Shown here one piece after another: positions 50,201 through 62,804 of a stretch of DNA of 64,000 nt. Source of the stretch: Callorhinchus milii (taxonomy: Eukaryota). The stretch spans positions 50,594,001 through 50,658,000 of the forward strand of contig NW_024704743.1 in the NCBI RefSeq assembly GCF_018977255.1, given 5' to 3'. Within the stretch, counting starts at the first letter, position 1; every line of letters starts with the position of its first letter. The notes under the pieces were generated by a model, which saw nothing but the letters and a program-made list of their open reading frames with translations, made no database searches and was not told the origin of the DNA. The position numbers were made by a program, and so were the translations under genes.

Positions 50201-53200
50201 TGAAGAGAGCAGGTGATAATCTCAAGTGGAAGCATTATTCTGGATAGTTGTCTTGGATTGTTAGCACATGTTCAGTCTGATTAACAGAAAAGTGAACTTT
50301 GTGAGAAATTAGTATAGTAATAAAGCCACGTAAATTTCTGGTGGAAATTAATCTACTGCCTTTTGTATTTGCTGAAGCAAATCGGCAAAAATGTTTTCCA
50401 TGCTCCTCCAAACATGCATGTTTACTCCTTGTGAGGTAGCTGTGTCTTGGATTTGATGTATAGCTCCTTTCATCCCGGGAGGCGGTCTCGAGCACTTCAC
50501 AGATTATATCTTAAAGTGCAATAACTGTGTATTTTGATTGTGTGTTTGGGCGGAGGCGTGGGAATAGGAGTTTCTTCCACATCAGTACAATCCCGATTTG
50601 AAACTATTTTAATGCCAGAAATCAGCATTTCATCATTATAGAGGAGGAAAATGACAGATTTCTTTAGATTCTTTTCCACAGAAGAATTCATATCCCTCTT
50701 CCTGCCTTCTCACTTCCATATTTTTGCACAGAAATGAAGAACTCTACCATCGGCGACGGGTAGGCTTTTATCCACTTAGTGTCCTCTCTCTGAACTCCAT
50801 TCCCAGGTCCCTCCCCTAATTCAAGAAACATCTCAAAACCTACCTCTTTGACTGGTTATCTTTCCCTTCCTCCCCCATCAATCCCACCCGCATCCACGGA
50901 GCCCAAAAGGAACTGTCAAGCATTTTGGGATGTCTTCCTGATGTGCAGGCCACTTTATAATAATAATTCTTGCATTTCATATAAATGAATACAAGTGTAA
51001 ATTATATTGTACTGAACTAAAGACACCTTCCTACATGAGCACAATTAATGTCACCCTATACCAGGCGAAAGGAGATTAATTTAGCACAGATATACTGGAA
51101 CTCAACAAGCTTTCTTCCTCAGGTCCCACCAACAGGATGCTCAATCGCATGGGCCATCTGACAACATGTGACAATCTGACAATATTTAGTCATAACTGAA
51201 TTTTGGGGAATGTGAATATCTAGGGTCGAGGTCTAACCCAGATGCTAGTGTAAGAACTCAACACTCTGTTTCTAGAATTGCTGGCCTTTCCAAGTCTAGA
51301 TTTTAGAGATCTCACTGCAGATCAGTCACACATCGTTCATAATGTGCAGCCACATCTACCTCAATGTGTCAAAACCCTTCCTTCTTTGTAGCAAATTCAA
51401 CATTTTCGTATCAATATTTTTTTTTAGAAAAATCCCAAAGAAATTTCCCAACCATAAAAAGAACATCGCAATTAATTTTTAAACAGTTTGCCTACAAAAT
51501 ACAGTCACTACACCTTACAATAAATCCTGTGAAGTGCAATGAAACATCCTCCTGACATGAAAGGCACTATATAAAAAGTAAGGATGATTACAACAACTTA
51601 TTATAAACACTCAAACGGTTCCACGACATCCTAACCAGTCTTCCACACGTTGTCACAATGCTGTACTCGCATGTAGTTCACTATCCCTTATATACACACT
51701 GCAAAAAGGACAGGGTTAACTCTGGAGTGTGCTAGTTCAGTTAAAAATGCTTCTGCACTCACAGGTGGTTGAAGTAGCTCCAAAATTAATTGAATGAAAT
51801 AGCTGCAGTAACTCCAGTTGCCTACATAAAGAGTGCCATTCAATGCTAGGGAATAATGCCAGGTCTGTCATGCATACACTGCCTCTCCAGACGACACAGA
51901 GATTTAATGACCTCATATTCAATACTCCTGCTTTAATGAACCCCTGAGAAAGAGAACAAATCTAAAAACGCTACAAGCACAATGAAATCCTCACTATATA
52001 TTGCAACATGCTCACAGGATCTCACAAGATACCACTCTAAAGTGATCAGCAATACCACTGATCAACACTTAACAACCAACTTTCAGCTACTAAACAGATC
52101 AGCTACGAATCAATTAGTTGTCATCAACCATAATCTCTGTATAGATATATAGGGGAAATGTAGACGCTTTGCCTTCATGAATTTGTGCACAAAGGCAAAG
52201 TGTCTACATTTGCTGATCATACAGAATGACATTATGGCAATCAGCAAGATGAAATGCAAAAGGGTAGCAGAGTGGGAAGATGGGTGGCAAATGCAACAGT
52301 GTAAAGAAATGTAGAGCCGTGAATTTTGGGATAAAAAGAGTGAATCCCTGGGATTTGGCATTATTCCCATCGAAGGGTTCAGACACTAATCATTCACCCT
52401 CATCACCAGATCAGTTTGGATAAAGAAGGCCCTTCAACCCATTTGATCCCATCCGTCTACAATACCCACCATAGCATTCCTCCCGTCATAGCATCAAGCT
52501 TTTTTCCAAAATGATTCTGGTGTCTTGGCCTCAACCACTCTTCCCAGCAATGTGTTCTGATTGTTAATTATCCTCTGGTAAAGAAACGTTTCCTGTTATC
52601 TGTCCTGAAATTGCGCTGTGCAACTCTAAACCGATATCCACTGAATATGGCTGTCTAGACCTGGAGAAGTTAATGAACTACTATTACTCAGTGTGCATAT
52701 TAATATAAAATACAATTCACATTAATACAGCGCTTTTCATGTCAGGAGGATGTCTCAAAATGCTCAACACTGCTGGCTGGTTCCCGAGCTGGGGATGGGA
52801 TCCGAAGAAGGTGGGGAGGCGTAACATGACCAAAGAGCAGTCAATTATAGTAGTATTCTGTGAAATTCTATTTTTTTTGCCAAGAGCAAGAATATCACTG
52901 AACACAAAAGTCCAATGCCTCCCACATGATTTAGATGAGCTACCAGGTCCACTCCATTGAATGATGAAGTATTCATCACTAGGAAATGATAGGCACTTAT
53001 TATGAGAGAAGAATACCAAGAATTGTTTGAAGAAATAACTTTGCATTTTTATAGTTTTCAGAATAAAATACTATCAAGTGTAGTGACTTTTGAGTCGGCA
53101 AAAGCCCACAGACAGCTATGAGATGAAAGACTAAACAGTCTCTAGATTATTGGCTCGCTCAAAGATCTATAATAGTGGCATACAGAAGGGAGGCAAAGCT

Positions 53201-53204
53201 CAAT

Positions 53205-53585
53205 TGTACAATACAATTTACACTTACATAATGCATTTAAAAATGGGAGGACATCCCAAAACTCTCGACAATTCTGGATGGGTACCTGAGCTAAGGGTGG
53301 GAGCTGAGAGGGCGAGGAGGGGAAAAGGTGACTGAAAACACAGTCAAAGAGGTATGCTTTGAGACGTACCTTGAAAGAGGGGAGCGAGTGGGGGGGTGGG
53401 AGTAAGTTGGCAGGACCTGGGAATGGAGTTCCAGATCGTGGTTGAAAGCCAGCCCACCAATTGTGGGTTGAATAGAGTGGGGGAAGTGGAATAGGCTTGT
53501 GTCAGCTGAGCGAAGGGAATGGTCGGGTTGGTAAGGGTGAAGGAGGTTCAGAGGTAGGGTGGGGCAAGACCGTAGAGGGCTTTAG
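53205..53585 (-). mobile_element. Degenerate L2 3' end
   Basis: Diverged counterpart of the 10665 and 27637 elements (gggaatggagttccaga, gaaagccagcccaccaatt, cagaggtagggtggggcaagacc). Confidence 0.68.
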
Positions 53586-54609
53586 AAAGATAGTAAACAG
53601 TCTGCACAATTCAAAAATAAATGGGAACCTTAAAGTCTCTTCATTGCCAATTTCCATATAGATTAATGCAGACAATACTGTCACAAATCAGTGCTCAATA
53701 ATAATCCCTACATTTGATATATAGCACTCCATTATGTCATTAAAACAGCTCAAAGCACGTCACAGGATCTACTGTTCAGTGCAGTGACCGTGTATTACTT
53801 GTATTGAAGAGTTCACTAAACACCTCTTAGAACGGGAACAGAATCTTGGATTTAATGCACGCATGTCTCAAATGATATAATACTAATATCCCAAATAATA
53901 TGTATCCTGCTGTATATACAGACAATCGGAAAAATCTAGTTCATGGAGTTACTACAAAAGTAAATGATCGCCTAATGTAAAATGTTATCATTAAATACAG
54001 CAGCATGTAATAAAGTGCAAAATAATGGTTCTAAATCCCCAGTGGGCCACAGCCTGCGTACTGTATCATAGCTGTTAATAGTTGGACTCAGATCAAGTAC
54101 ATTTGACAGTACTCCAGGCATTTTGCAAGGATGATCTTATGTTTGCAAAAAATTGTAATATACGGTCAAACCCTGAGTGAATGTTTAAAAGAAGTTATAA
54201 GCATTTCTTGTGTTAAAGCATATAGTTCTAAAATATGATTCACACACTTAAATGTAAGCACTTTAAATCTTGGACTAATTTAACTATTGCTGATACTGAG
54301 ACCAGAAGAATGTTTATATCCAACAAGAAAAATGGTTTAACCACATGGAGAGGAGATTCACAACAGCCGAGCACAAGACAAAGCTGCACATTGGGCTGCA
54401 ATTGTATAACAGATTATTCCCACAGAGATGCAACATCTTATAGCCCTTTATAGAAAAACAACTCCACTGGGCACAAGTGAGAAAGTCAATTCGGAGAAAT
54501 TCGATCATCTTTCTCCATTTTGATCCAGTAAGTGTGATAACAGCTAAGTCAGTGGCTGGGCTTTCTTAAGTTATCTCAACCTATCCCTCCAAAACCAAAA
54601 ACAATAATA

Positions 54610-54786
54610 AATTGGTCATTTTCAATCTACGACTGTTTGTGGGACATTGCTGTGCGCAATTGGCTGCCGCGCTCGCCCATAAATATACAGTCAATTCACT
54701 TTACAGTGTGTTCTGTGAAGCGCTTTGGGACGTCCTCCCGACGTGAAAAGCGCTATATCAAATGCAAGGATTATTATTATTATTAT
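54610..54786 (+). mobile_element. Young SINE 3' half with intact (ATT)n tail
   Basis: gactgtttgtgggacattgctgtgcgcaattggctgccgcg...gtgaagcgctttgggacgtcctcccgacgtgaaaagcgctatatcaaatgcaaggattattattattatt; CpGs retained. Confidence 0.8.
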
Positions 54787-55839
54787 TTCAGACTATGACT
54801 AAATAAATAAAAATCTTAAGAGTTGAAGCATTATTTTACACCCTTTTAAGATCTTGAATACTTCAATGAAATCAGCCACATGTCTTCTCTTCCTCAGAGT
54901 GAATATCCCCAGATTTTGTAGCCTCTGCTTATAACTCAAGTGTCTAATTCCAGCAACGGTGTTGCTCTTCACTGTATCTCTGACAAGATGTCCCTAATTG
55001 TTCACAGTAATTCAGCTTGGGCTCAGCTAATGCTCTGCACATGTTCAGTATCAAGGCTGATTACTCATGCTCTATCCCTTTAACTATTTACACCATAAGA
55101 TCTTGTCTGCTCTCTTCACTGCTGCCGAACACTGTATTAATGCTTACAGCAATTTATCCTCCAAATCCATCCCCGGAGACGAAAGCTATGTATCTTATGT
55201 TCCCACTGTTCATCATCCTTCCACAATCTCATCCCTCTCCCTATTAAATTTACAACTCTTTCTTTCAAATCTTGGAACATTCAACATTTTCCCCAAACAA
55301 TCCAGAAAAAAGGTAATTTTGTGAATACTCACTCACTTTACACATGAGAAGTACCTTGATGGTACTTTGTACATTGTTGGGCATCTTGAAAATCCCCAAT
55401 ATATAGGGAGGATAAAAACAACATACTGTTTAATCAGACTGAAAGCTGGGGTGCGGAAGCCTCAGTCCAAATTGGGACTCTCTGATCTTGCAGTGGGAAG
55501 AGTTATGCTCATACACTAGATTGTGATTTTTTTCTGGTTAACCGGGTGTCTAACACATGTGGAAACCTATCACCATGCTTAACAGCATCCAAACTAAACT
55601 GAGAATTCCATGCATCCCATTTACACAAAGAAATTTTGATGTATTGGAATGGAATGGACACTCCCTGAGGTCCTGGAGGGAAGCCAGTGTTTGGACAAAT
55701 GTGCCTGGTGGCCCTAGAGACTGGAGGCAAGGAATTTGCTATAAAATAATGTTCTTCCATACTTTCAGAAACATTGAAAATACTGAGTGTAAAGTAAGTG
55801 CCTACGGATTTTTTTTTGTATTTTAGTTACAAGTAAGCG

Positions 55840-56152
55840 GGTATGGCTTAGTCGATAACAGTCTTGCCTCTGAGTTAGGTTGTGGTTTCAAACTCCACAA
55901 CAGGACTTTGAACTCATAGGCTTTGAAGTAGGCTAACACAGATGAGATGTCAAAAAGCCAAGATCTGGTCTGCCTGCAGGTGGACACTGAAGATCCCATG
56001 GCATTACTCAAAAAGAGAAGAGTTTCTCCCGATTTCTTAGCCCATAATCTCCCAAATAAAATTGGTCATTCATTTCATCCTTGTTACACTAAATCCTGTG
56101 AATTGCTTTGATACATCTTCCTCACATGCAAAGTTGAAATGCAAGGATTATA
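55840..56152 (+). mobile_element. Deu-domain SINE with internal deletions
   Basis: tcttgcctctgagttaggttgtggtttcaaactcc head, gatcccatggcattactcaaaaagagaag body. Confidence 0.68.
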
Positions 56153-58226
56153 ACATGTGAACCATGAAAACAGTGTAAATATATTGCAGAATTTCTATTG
56201 AAAGCATAATAAATAGAAACACAATATGTGCTAGATTTCCTTTGGTAGAGAGTAAACAGAGTGAATTTTAATAAAGAACTACCACCATATCTAATGCTCT
56301 TGACAATACATTAATTAACAGTGGGGGTTAATCTTTATAGTAGCCAGAGAGTTTATCAAAATAAGGAATTTACTGTAATATACTTCATTTAAACCGAAAA
56401 TGAGTTCATGTTAATTATTTGAATAGTTTCTATTTTGCTAAACCATTCTGAATGAAGTGGATCCGAGACTCAAAGTTTGCTTGCTGCTGCAATGTTTAGA
56501 CTGGAGAACACTATGGATAGGTTACAAAATTAACTCTAGCCCGGCTGAATTCTTACACACTGTGATCAAAGTGTAGCCCTCCATATTGCTGTCAATTTAA
56601 GCAACTCAGCAGATGGTTGTTAAGAACAACTATGTGAGCCCAGACGTAGGTCAGTATGTAGACAGGCCCACTGCTGTGTGTTGACCCACCACCGCAGACA
56701 GTAAAACCAGAAGCCCCACCTCCCCAATCAGATAGCAAGAAATGTAAAGTTATTCCAATAGCGTTTACCTACAGTCTGCCTTAGATTAACAGAATTGTTA
56801 TCTCAACAATCTCAAACTGCAGCTACTGGTGTGTTTGCGTGCCAATGAATTAAACCACATGTTTCTATGTTTTATATCAGTACCGAAGCAAACACACTCT
56901 GCCTGGTCAGAAGTACCTTTTTTTAAAATAATCATTTTAACAAAGTTTTAAACAGCAGATTGCAAAACTTTTCTCCACAGCATCGGTCAGGAATCTTGCT
57001 TCTTAGAATGCCCACTTTTAAATAGATTTATTTGTACGGCACGATTTTTAACGCAGTCTTTCATTTTATTAAAATTGCAGCTTACTTATGGCAATGGACC
57101 CAAAAGTTATAATAATATGGGTTGAAAAGGTGTGTGTCAGAATAGGGCAGTGTGAATAGAGCTTTGCCAACTGGAAAATCCAATGCCAGATTGATTCCCG
57201 TTTTGGCTGCAATGGACTATTGCAGCTGTAATGTCACATCAGCTGCCAGAACAACAACTTGAGGTGACACTCTGCAGGATCCAATGTGCACCATGGTACT
57301 ACAATCTAATATACAATGAAACTGCTCAGCAACCACTCATTGACAAAATCCATTCCCAAACACTGGTAGACTTGCCCATGCCATTCTTCGAAAGGAAACC
57401 TAGCTATACCTATAAGGGTTGTAATCTAGTAACCCAAATTATTGGTAGTTAGTGATGGTTTTCTGATGTTTCAATGATCCCAAACTATACTATTCCAAAG
57501 ATGCTATTCAATACAAGCAGAAAACATGAGTTTTCAAGTCTAATGCAAAATGTATAGTTTGGGCAATAAAACCTGTTAAATAAGTGTTGACTCACTTTGT
57601 AAAAACCTGCATTCCCAGTCACTAGTGTTACTATTTAAAGACCATTTCCTTTTTAGCATCTATTCTTAGAAGCTTAAAATAAAAACTGATAATACATTTG
57701 TTGACAAGGCATTCAACATACCTGTGTAAGGATTAGCTTTTATGGGGCTATGCTGTCATTCATTAAAGTATGCAAATACAATTCTCACTGTTTGTAAATA
57801 CTGCGTCAAGGAGGCAATCGCAGACATACAATGCCATCAGCAATCACATGCACTGGAATTGCTGATGACATTTTTATAAACTGACACAATCATTTTTGGG
57901 TGAAAAAATTTGTTGTGGTAAAGCATTGAAGTCTATCACATGGTACGTCAACTGTGATGCAAATCTGTTCCAAAAATTGAAATGCAGTGGATTACATCAA
58001 TTTTACATTTACACAAGGCCTTTCACGTCTTGAGGATTTCTCAAAGCACTTACCTGTGAGCCCGTACGTGGGGCAGGGAGGGGCTAAGGAAGGAGGAGGG
58101 GGAAAGATGACCAATTATTAGCAAAGTAATTTATTCCTGGAAGTAAACTTTGAAATTCCAATCTAGAAAACAAATAGATTCCCCGCCAAGATTGACTAAG
58201 CCCCTCTGGATGATTATTTGACTCAC

Positions 58227-58552
58227 CAAACCTTTGCATGTAGAAAGTGCCACTGACGAGTTGCTATGCGATACAAGAGCACCTTGGTAGAAGCAGAGTT
58301 CTTCTGGATGATATTGCTGCACAGATTTTATCCCTTCTTTTCCCAGCATCTGAACTGTAAATCCAGGAGCCATCAGGCCAACAGAAGTCCTCAGTTTCAA
58401 ATGAAAGTCCTGGCCAAAACCACCGACTCTGAAGTAGAGGCTTTCATCCTCCACATTATGTGCTGATCGCTTCTTTCGGTGCTGGTGGGCCAGAGTGTGT
58501 GAGATGTATTCACCATTGCTGTCAGCTTCATAGGGAGCCACAATTTGATATT
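58227..58552 (-). CDS. ADAMTS16: ADAMTS16 exon 3-equivalent (326 nt), pro-domain: EYQIVAPYEADSNGEYISHTLAHQHRKKRS...CFYQGALVSHSNSSVALSTCKGL
   Basis: Acceptor ttccacag|AA at 58553-58555 and donor TTG|gtgagt at 58221-58226. Reprolysin pro-peptide motifs FHLKL, CFYQG, VALSTC and basic RKKR. Confidence 0.93.
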
Positions 58553-60244
58553 CTGTGGAAGTATAACAGACTTGGTTAGCAGACTGGTCTTGAAGCTCCA
58601 TTGCCCTGAACAAGTCCATTTGGCTAATATTTAACTGAGGTAATCGACTAACCTCAAAATAATGTTTGCAAAGCATTTGATGTCGAAGTGGTTTGAACTT
58701 GGCTGTGTGAGACTAGGGGGTAGAAATTCCCCAGGGTTAATGCCTATTATAGACATGCACCACTGAGGGTGGCTACGCTACAACTTAATGGAAATGTGTG
58801 CCTTTGTGTTTCTCTGCACACGATTTACAATTTTCAGGGCTCTAGGGGGGAAAAAAAACATGGACTAAAAAAAATCCCATCTGGCCCATCAAGCCTCCTC
58901 TTAACAAAGTCCACACAAAATAAAGGTCACTACACAATAAACCCTGTGAAGTGCTCTGAGACATCCTCCAGAAATGAAAGATGCAGCATCGAACTCAAGG
59001 ATTATTAAACTAATATACTAAAAATGAGTGCTACTCCAGAATATTAATCCACCTTCTCATCTGTACTGACCACAATGAGACAATATGCCCTCCCCCCCAC
59101 CAGCAGCATCAAACCTAATGTCTTTTTTTTAAAAAACGAGTTAATCAATGCAGCATGAACTATGTAGTTAGAAGTCCTTTGTACGTATCTACTACTCAGT
59201 GTGGGGTGACGGGATGGGGTGGTTGGGGGGAAAGAATAAACGCACACTTTATTTTAAGTTTTCACCGGAGTTATGCAGTTCTGTTCTAAGTCAAGTTGCT
59301 TACATCAGCATTGTCTATGGCTATCAAACTTTTAAAGAGCTGGATCGTGTCACCTTCAATCTTCTTTGCTCCAGCTTTTTAAAAAGAATTCTGGGAATCG
59401 AACTTCTACTTAGAACTTAAAACTCTCAGGAAGAACTTATACTCAGGCCCCAAGGCTTTAAAATGAGTAATGAGAGATGTGTAACCAGTAATGCCCATAA
59501 GACTTCTTTAAATAAAAAAACATTTAAAGTTCACATAATACTATAACAGTAACAAAATGTTATCCATTTACACTATGGATTTATTAAATATAATAATAAC
59601 CATTGCAGTTGGTACAGCAGCTTTCAGGACAGAAGAAGATCTCAAAGCGCTTCACATTAAACCAAGGTCCCACCAGCCTGCTTGGAAAAACTTCAAAGAT
59701 CCAATGACTCTTATAAAATAATAATCCTTACATTTGGTAAAAGCCTTTCACATTGAGGACATCTCAAAGCCCTTATTGGCTTCAGACACTGTAATTGTAG
59801 GCGAAAGCAGAAGCCAATTTGCACAGAGCAATGTCCCACAAAGAACCATGAAGTGAATGAGGACATGTAACTTAAAAGAATAAAGAGATATTACCTGTCC
59901 TATATATTACCATAAAACTTCACTTCCAAATCAACCTTACAGGAGCGGTCATCCAACACCATCCACTGGGACAACAGTTGAAGAAAAATGGCATTGTAAA
60001 CCAGGTCATCAAAAAAATACGCACAAAATCTGGCCTTCTCCTATGAACAAATCTCAGGGTTGAAATGACAATGATAAATTGTTTAAACATCAGTCTAATG
60101 GTATATGATGTTCACTCAATGTGTGGCTTGGTGGTAATGCACTCCAGGGCCTGAGCTGTCCTATATTTATTATTTGTACAGGATTCCGTAGGGCACAAAT
60201 AACCAAATGTCCTAATTTTACACTATCACGTTAAGTGTGATTGC

Positions 60245-60405
60245 AGGCTCCCTCAATGATTCAAAGAGTGTTTATCCAGTGAGTAGCTGAGTCATACAGG
60301 TTGGAAAGTTCCCAAGTTTGATTTTCAATTGTGCTGAGTTAGCTGATCTCAGCTGGAATTGCATTAGAGGGGTACAACTGTCCTCAGCACCTCTGGTTAG
60401 GGAAG
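60245..60405 (+). mobile_element. AmnSINE2-like SINE, 5' part
   Basis: gtgctgagttagctgatctcagctgg...ggggtacaactgtcctcagcacctctggttagggaag resembles the recalled consensus. Confidence 0.5.
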
Positions 60406-60554
60406 CAACAAGCAGCTAAAAAAGTTACTCAAGCTCACTATGCAGCAAGCCATTGCTGGAGTTAAGCATAGTTGAGCACGTTTGGAGTACGAGGCTGGCA
60501 AATTTAGATCATTGTCGAGTAGAGGTGGGAAAATTAGGGTAGTCCCATAGAATA

Positions 60555-61700
60555 GCTGCTGCAAATGCAAATAGACTGAGGAGCTATAACTATTACTCAA
60601 ATTTGCTTATAAGAAATCAAAGACAATTGAAAATATGCTGGAGGAACAAGAACTGCAAAAGCCAATGTGACAATAGAAGATGATATTGTGGTGGGTTTCC
60701 ATGTATGTCAGGGACACCTGGGAGGCTAAGGTAGTTGAATCAACATCGCAGGATCAATCATGGATCAATTCTCTGGTTAGATGTTCTCCAACGAGAAAAG
60801 TTCTAGATTAACATAATTTGCTATAGACCACCAGGCCAAAGCAAGGAGCATGACTTGGCACTGTATGATAATATTAGCAATGTGTATCAGAAAAAGAAGA
60901 TAGTACTGAAAGGGGATTTGAATCAGCCCAACATAAACTGGATATTCCCCATGTCCATACAATTTGTAAAGCTTGTAAAAGTAGTGCATGACTGCTTTCT
61001 AACTGTGTGTATCAGGGAGACCACAAGGGGCCCTTCGTGACTTAGTTCTAGTCAGTGATCCAGACACTAGTCAGGAAGTGGAAATAGTCGAACAATAGGG
61101 GACAGTGACCACAACTCACTAATCTTCAGCTTGACTTGGGAAACAGCACCAACACGTATCCAAACTCAAGCGTAACCAAACTCAGTGTACAACCCAAACG
61201 TAACCAAACTCAGGTGTACAACTTCAAATGGCCAAGCTTCAGGGGTATGAGAGCTGAGCTAAGAGACATAGACTGAGAAGCAATACTCAAGGACAAATCA
61301 GTTGAGGATAAATGGACATCCCTAAATAACATTATGAAGTGGATTCAGGACAAGTGCAGCTGGGGCAAAAAAACACCAAATATGGATCAATAAAAAAAAG
61401 AGATAAAGAAGAAAAGGAAGATTTATAAAACGTAGGGAGAAAGGAATATGTGATCATTGGGCTGAATACAAGACAAAAAGAAGTTAAGAAAGAGATTAGG
61501 GAAACCAAGAGAGAACTGGAAAGGGGGCACAGCAACAAATGCCAAACATTGTGTCAATACATTCTTTAAAAATTACAACAGTAAGAACATAAGAACAGTC
61601 AGGCAAGATGTTAAAATCCTAAGGGATTTAAGTGGAATTGAAAAATAAAATGAACACGAGGTAGCAAATATATTAAAATCCTATTTCTTAACATTGAAAC
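60555..61700 (+). mobile_element. Highly degenerate CR1 ORF2 5' part (APE endonuclease region)
   Basis: Remnant motifs YRPP (tatagaccacca), GDLNQPNINW, LDLV-like gacttagttcta and GDSDHN (gggacagtgaccacaac), with multiple stops. Confidence 0.72.
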
Positions 61701-62204
61701 TTGCACAGCAATAATGGTCACTTAGATAAGGCTCTCTCGGGATCCCAGCAACTGTGGAAGTGTGTAAAAAAAACATACATTTGATATAATCTTGTCACCT
61801 CATCAAGATGTCTCAAAGCACTTCACAGTATTTTACTGTGAAACAAAGTGATTGTGTTATGTGTTATTTGTAATCATATAGAGATGACATTACAAATGCT
61901 CTTAATGATGATTGACCACCAATAAAGTTTTATTAACTCTAGAAATTAAAAGTGGGTGTAATTCCATCTGTACACATGGTTTACACATGGCACATACTAG
62001 ACCTTGTAGGATAGGCAAGGTAAATGGTATCCAGCTGATGGAGCATTTTATTGTTTTTTTAAAAATATTCAGACAAAAATATTTTCAGGCACTGCTACTC
62101 TTTTAACGATTCTCCCTTGTACATATATAAACAATACATAAAATGTTTTTTTTTCCCCCTCCTCAAACATTCCCCCCTCTCATTCCTGACTCATTATCCC
62201 TTTT

Positions 62205-62400
62205 ATTAGTACCATGAGCATCAGTAACTCGCCCAAGTTGTCATCAGTCATATATGAGCCTCGATACTGAGTGTTTTGTAAGGAGTGGGAAGATATGATT
62301 GCTAAACTGATCCTGTACCGAGCTGTGTCGGCACACACATTTTCCAATAAAGAAAAGGGGTGGGGGCAGGGGGTCTGGACAGCAATCAGGATGGTTAAGA
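62205..62400 (-). mobile_element. AmnSINE2-like SINE, 3' part; a similar remnant lies at about 8385-8530 (+)
   Basis: Minus strand cctgattgctgtccagacccc...tggaaaatgtgtgtg...acaggatcag...aggctcatatatga...acttgggcgagttac. Confidence 0.45.
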
Positions 62401-62804
62401 TAATCCACCATCTATAACCACTACCCCAAATTCCTGCCTGAGCTGACATTAACTATCTAAGCAAAAACTGAAAACATTTAGAACTCTACGGGCACAGTGA
62501 CCAGTGGGTTATTGCAGGTAACATTACGGTTGTAGATTTTGTTGGTGAGTAGAAATAGGATCGCACAGGAGGCTTAGAGTATGATTTAGTCAGTAAATGC
62601 ATGGCTGACTTCAGAGTAACAATTGTTTTGAAAAGAGTGCAGATGCCACAATGAGTTCCACTATTTTATTTGTAATTGTGCTTTTACTGTGAAATTTAGC
62701 TCAGCGCATGAATCAAGACTCAAGTTTCCTAGGATATTTAATCTACAAAATGAATAATTACTGAGCAAAATAATTCCATTCAGCACACTATGTAATGATG
62801 CTAA

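Larger units (their letters stand above)
1296..58552 (-). other. ADAMTS16: ADAMTS16 gene, partial span (8 coding exons, orthologous to exons 3-10); the gene continues beyond both annotated ends
   Basis: Eight exons with AG acceptors and GT/GC donors join in a single open frame (phases 1-0-1-0-0-1-2-2-0). The peptide GMIHDGEGNVCKKSEGNIMSPTLAGHNGVFSWSACSRQYLHRFLSTSQATCLADEPKPVKEYKYPDKLPGELYDADSQCKWQFGEKAKLCRLDFKK matches ADAMTS16 as I recall it better than the paralogue ADAMTS18. Confidence 0.93.

Noticed and set aside
58553..58676. N-terminal extension of the 181-aa ORF as a coding start
   Set aside because: It lies upstream of a clean cag acceptor and has no ADAMTS or signal-peptide character; it is intronic open frame by chance.
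61150..61225. Short tandem units (cgtaaccaaactcag.tgtacaac) as a CRISPR-like or functional array
   Set aside because: Only two to three imperfect units without spacers, inside a decayed CR1; this is a simple slippage duplication.
62180..62449. ORF MSAQAGIWGSGYRWWIILTILIAVQ... as the ADAMTS16 signal-peptide exon 1
   Set aside because: It lies on the correct strand and looks hydrophobic, but there is no GT donor after the hydrophobic stretch, no CpG-rich promoter context, and most of it overlaps an AmnSINE2-like remnant. No credible exon 2 was found between it and exon 3.
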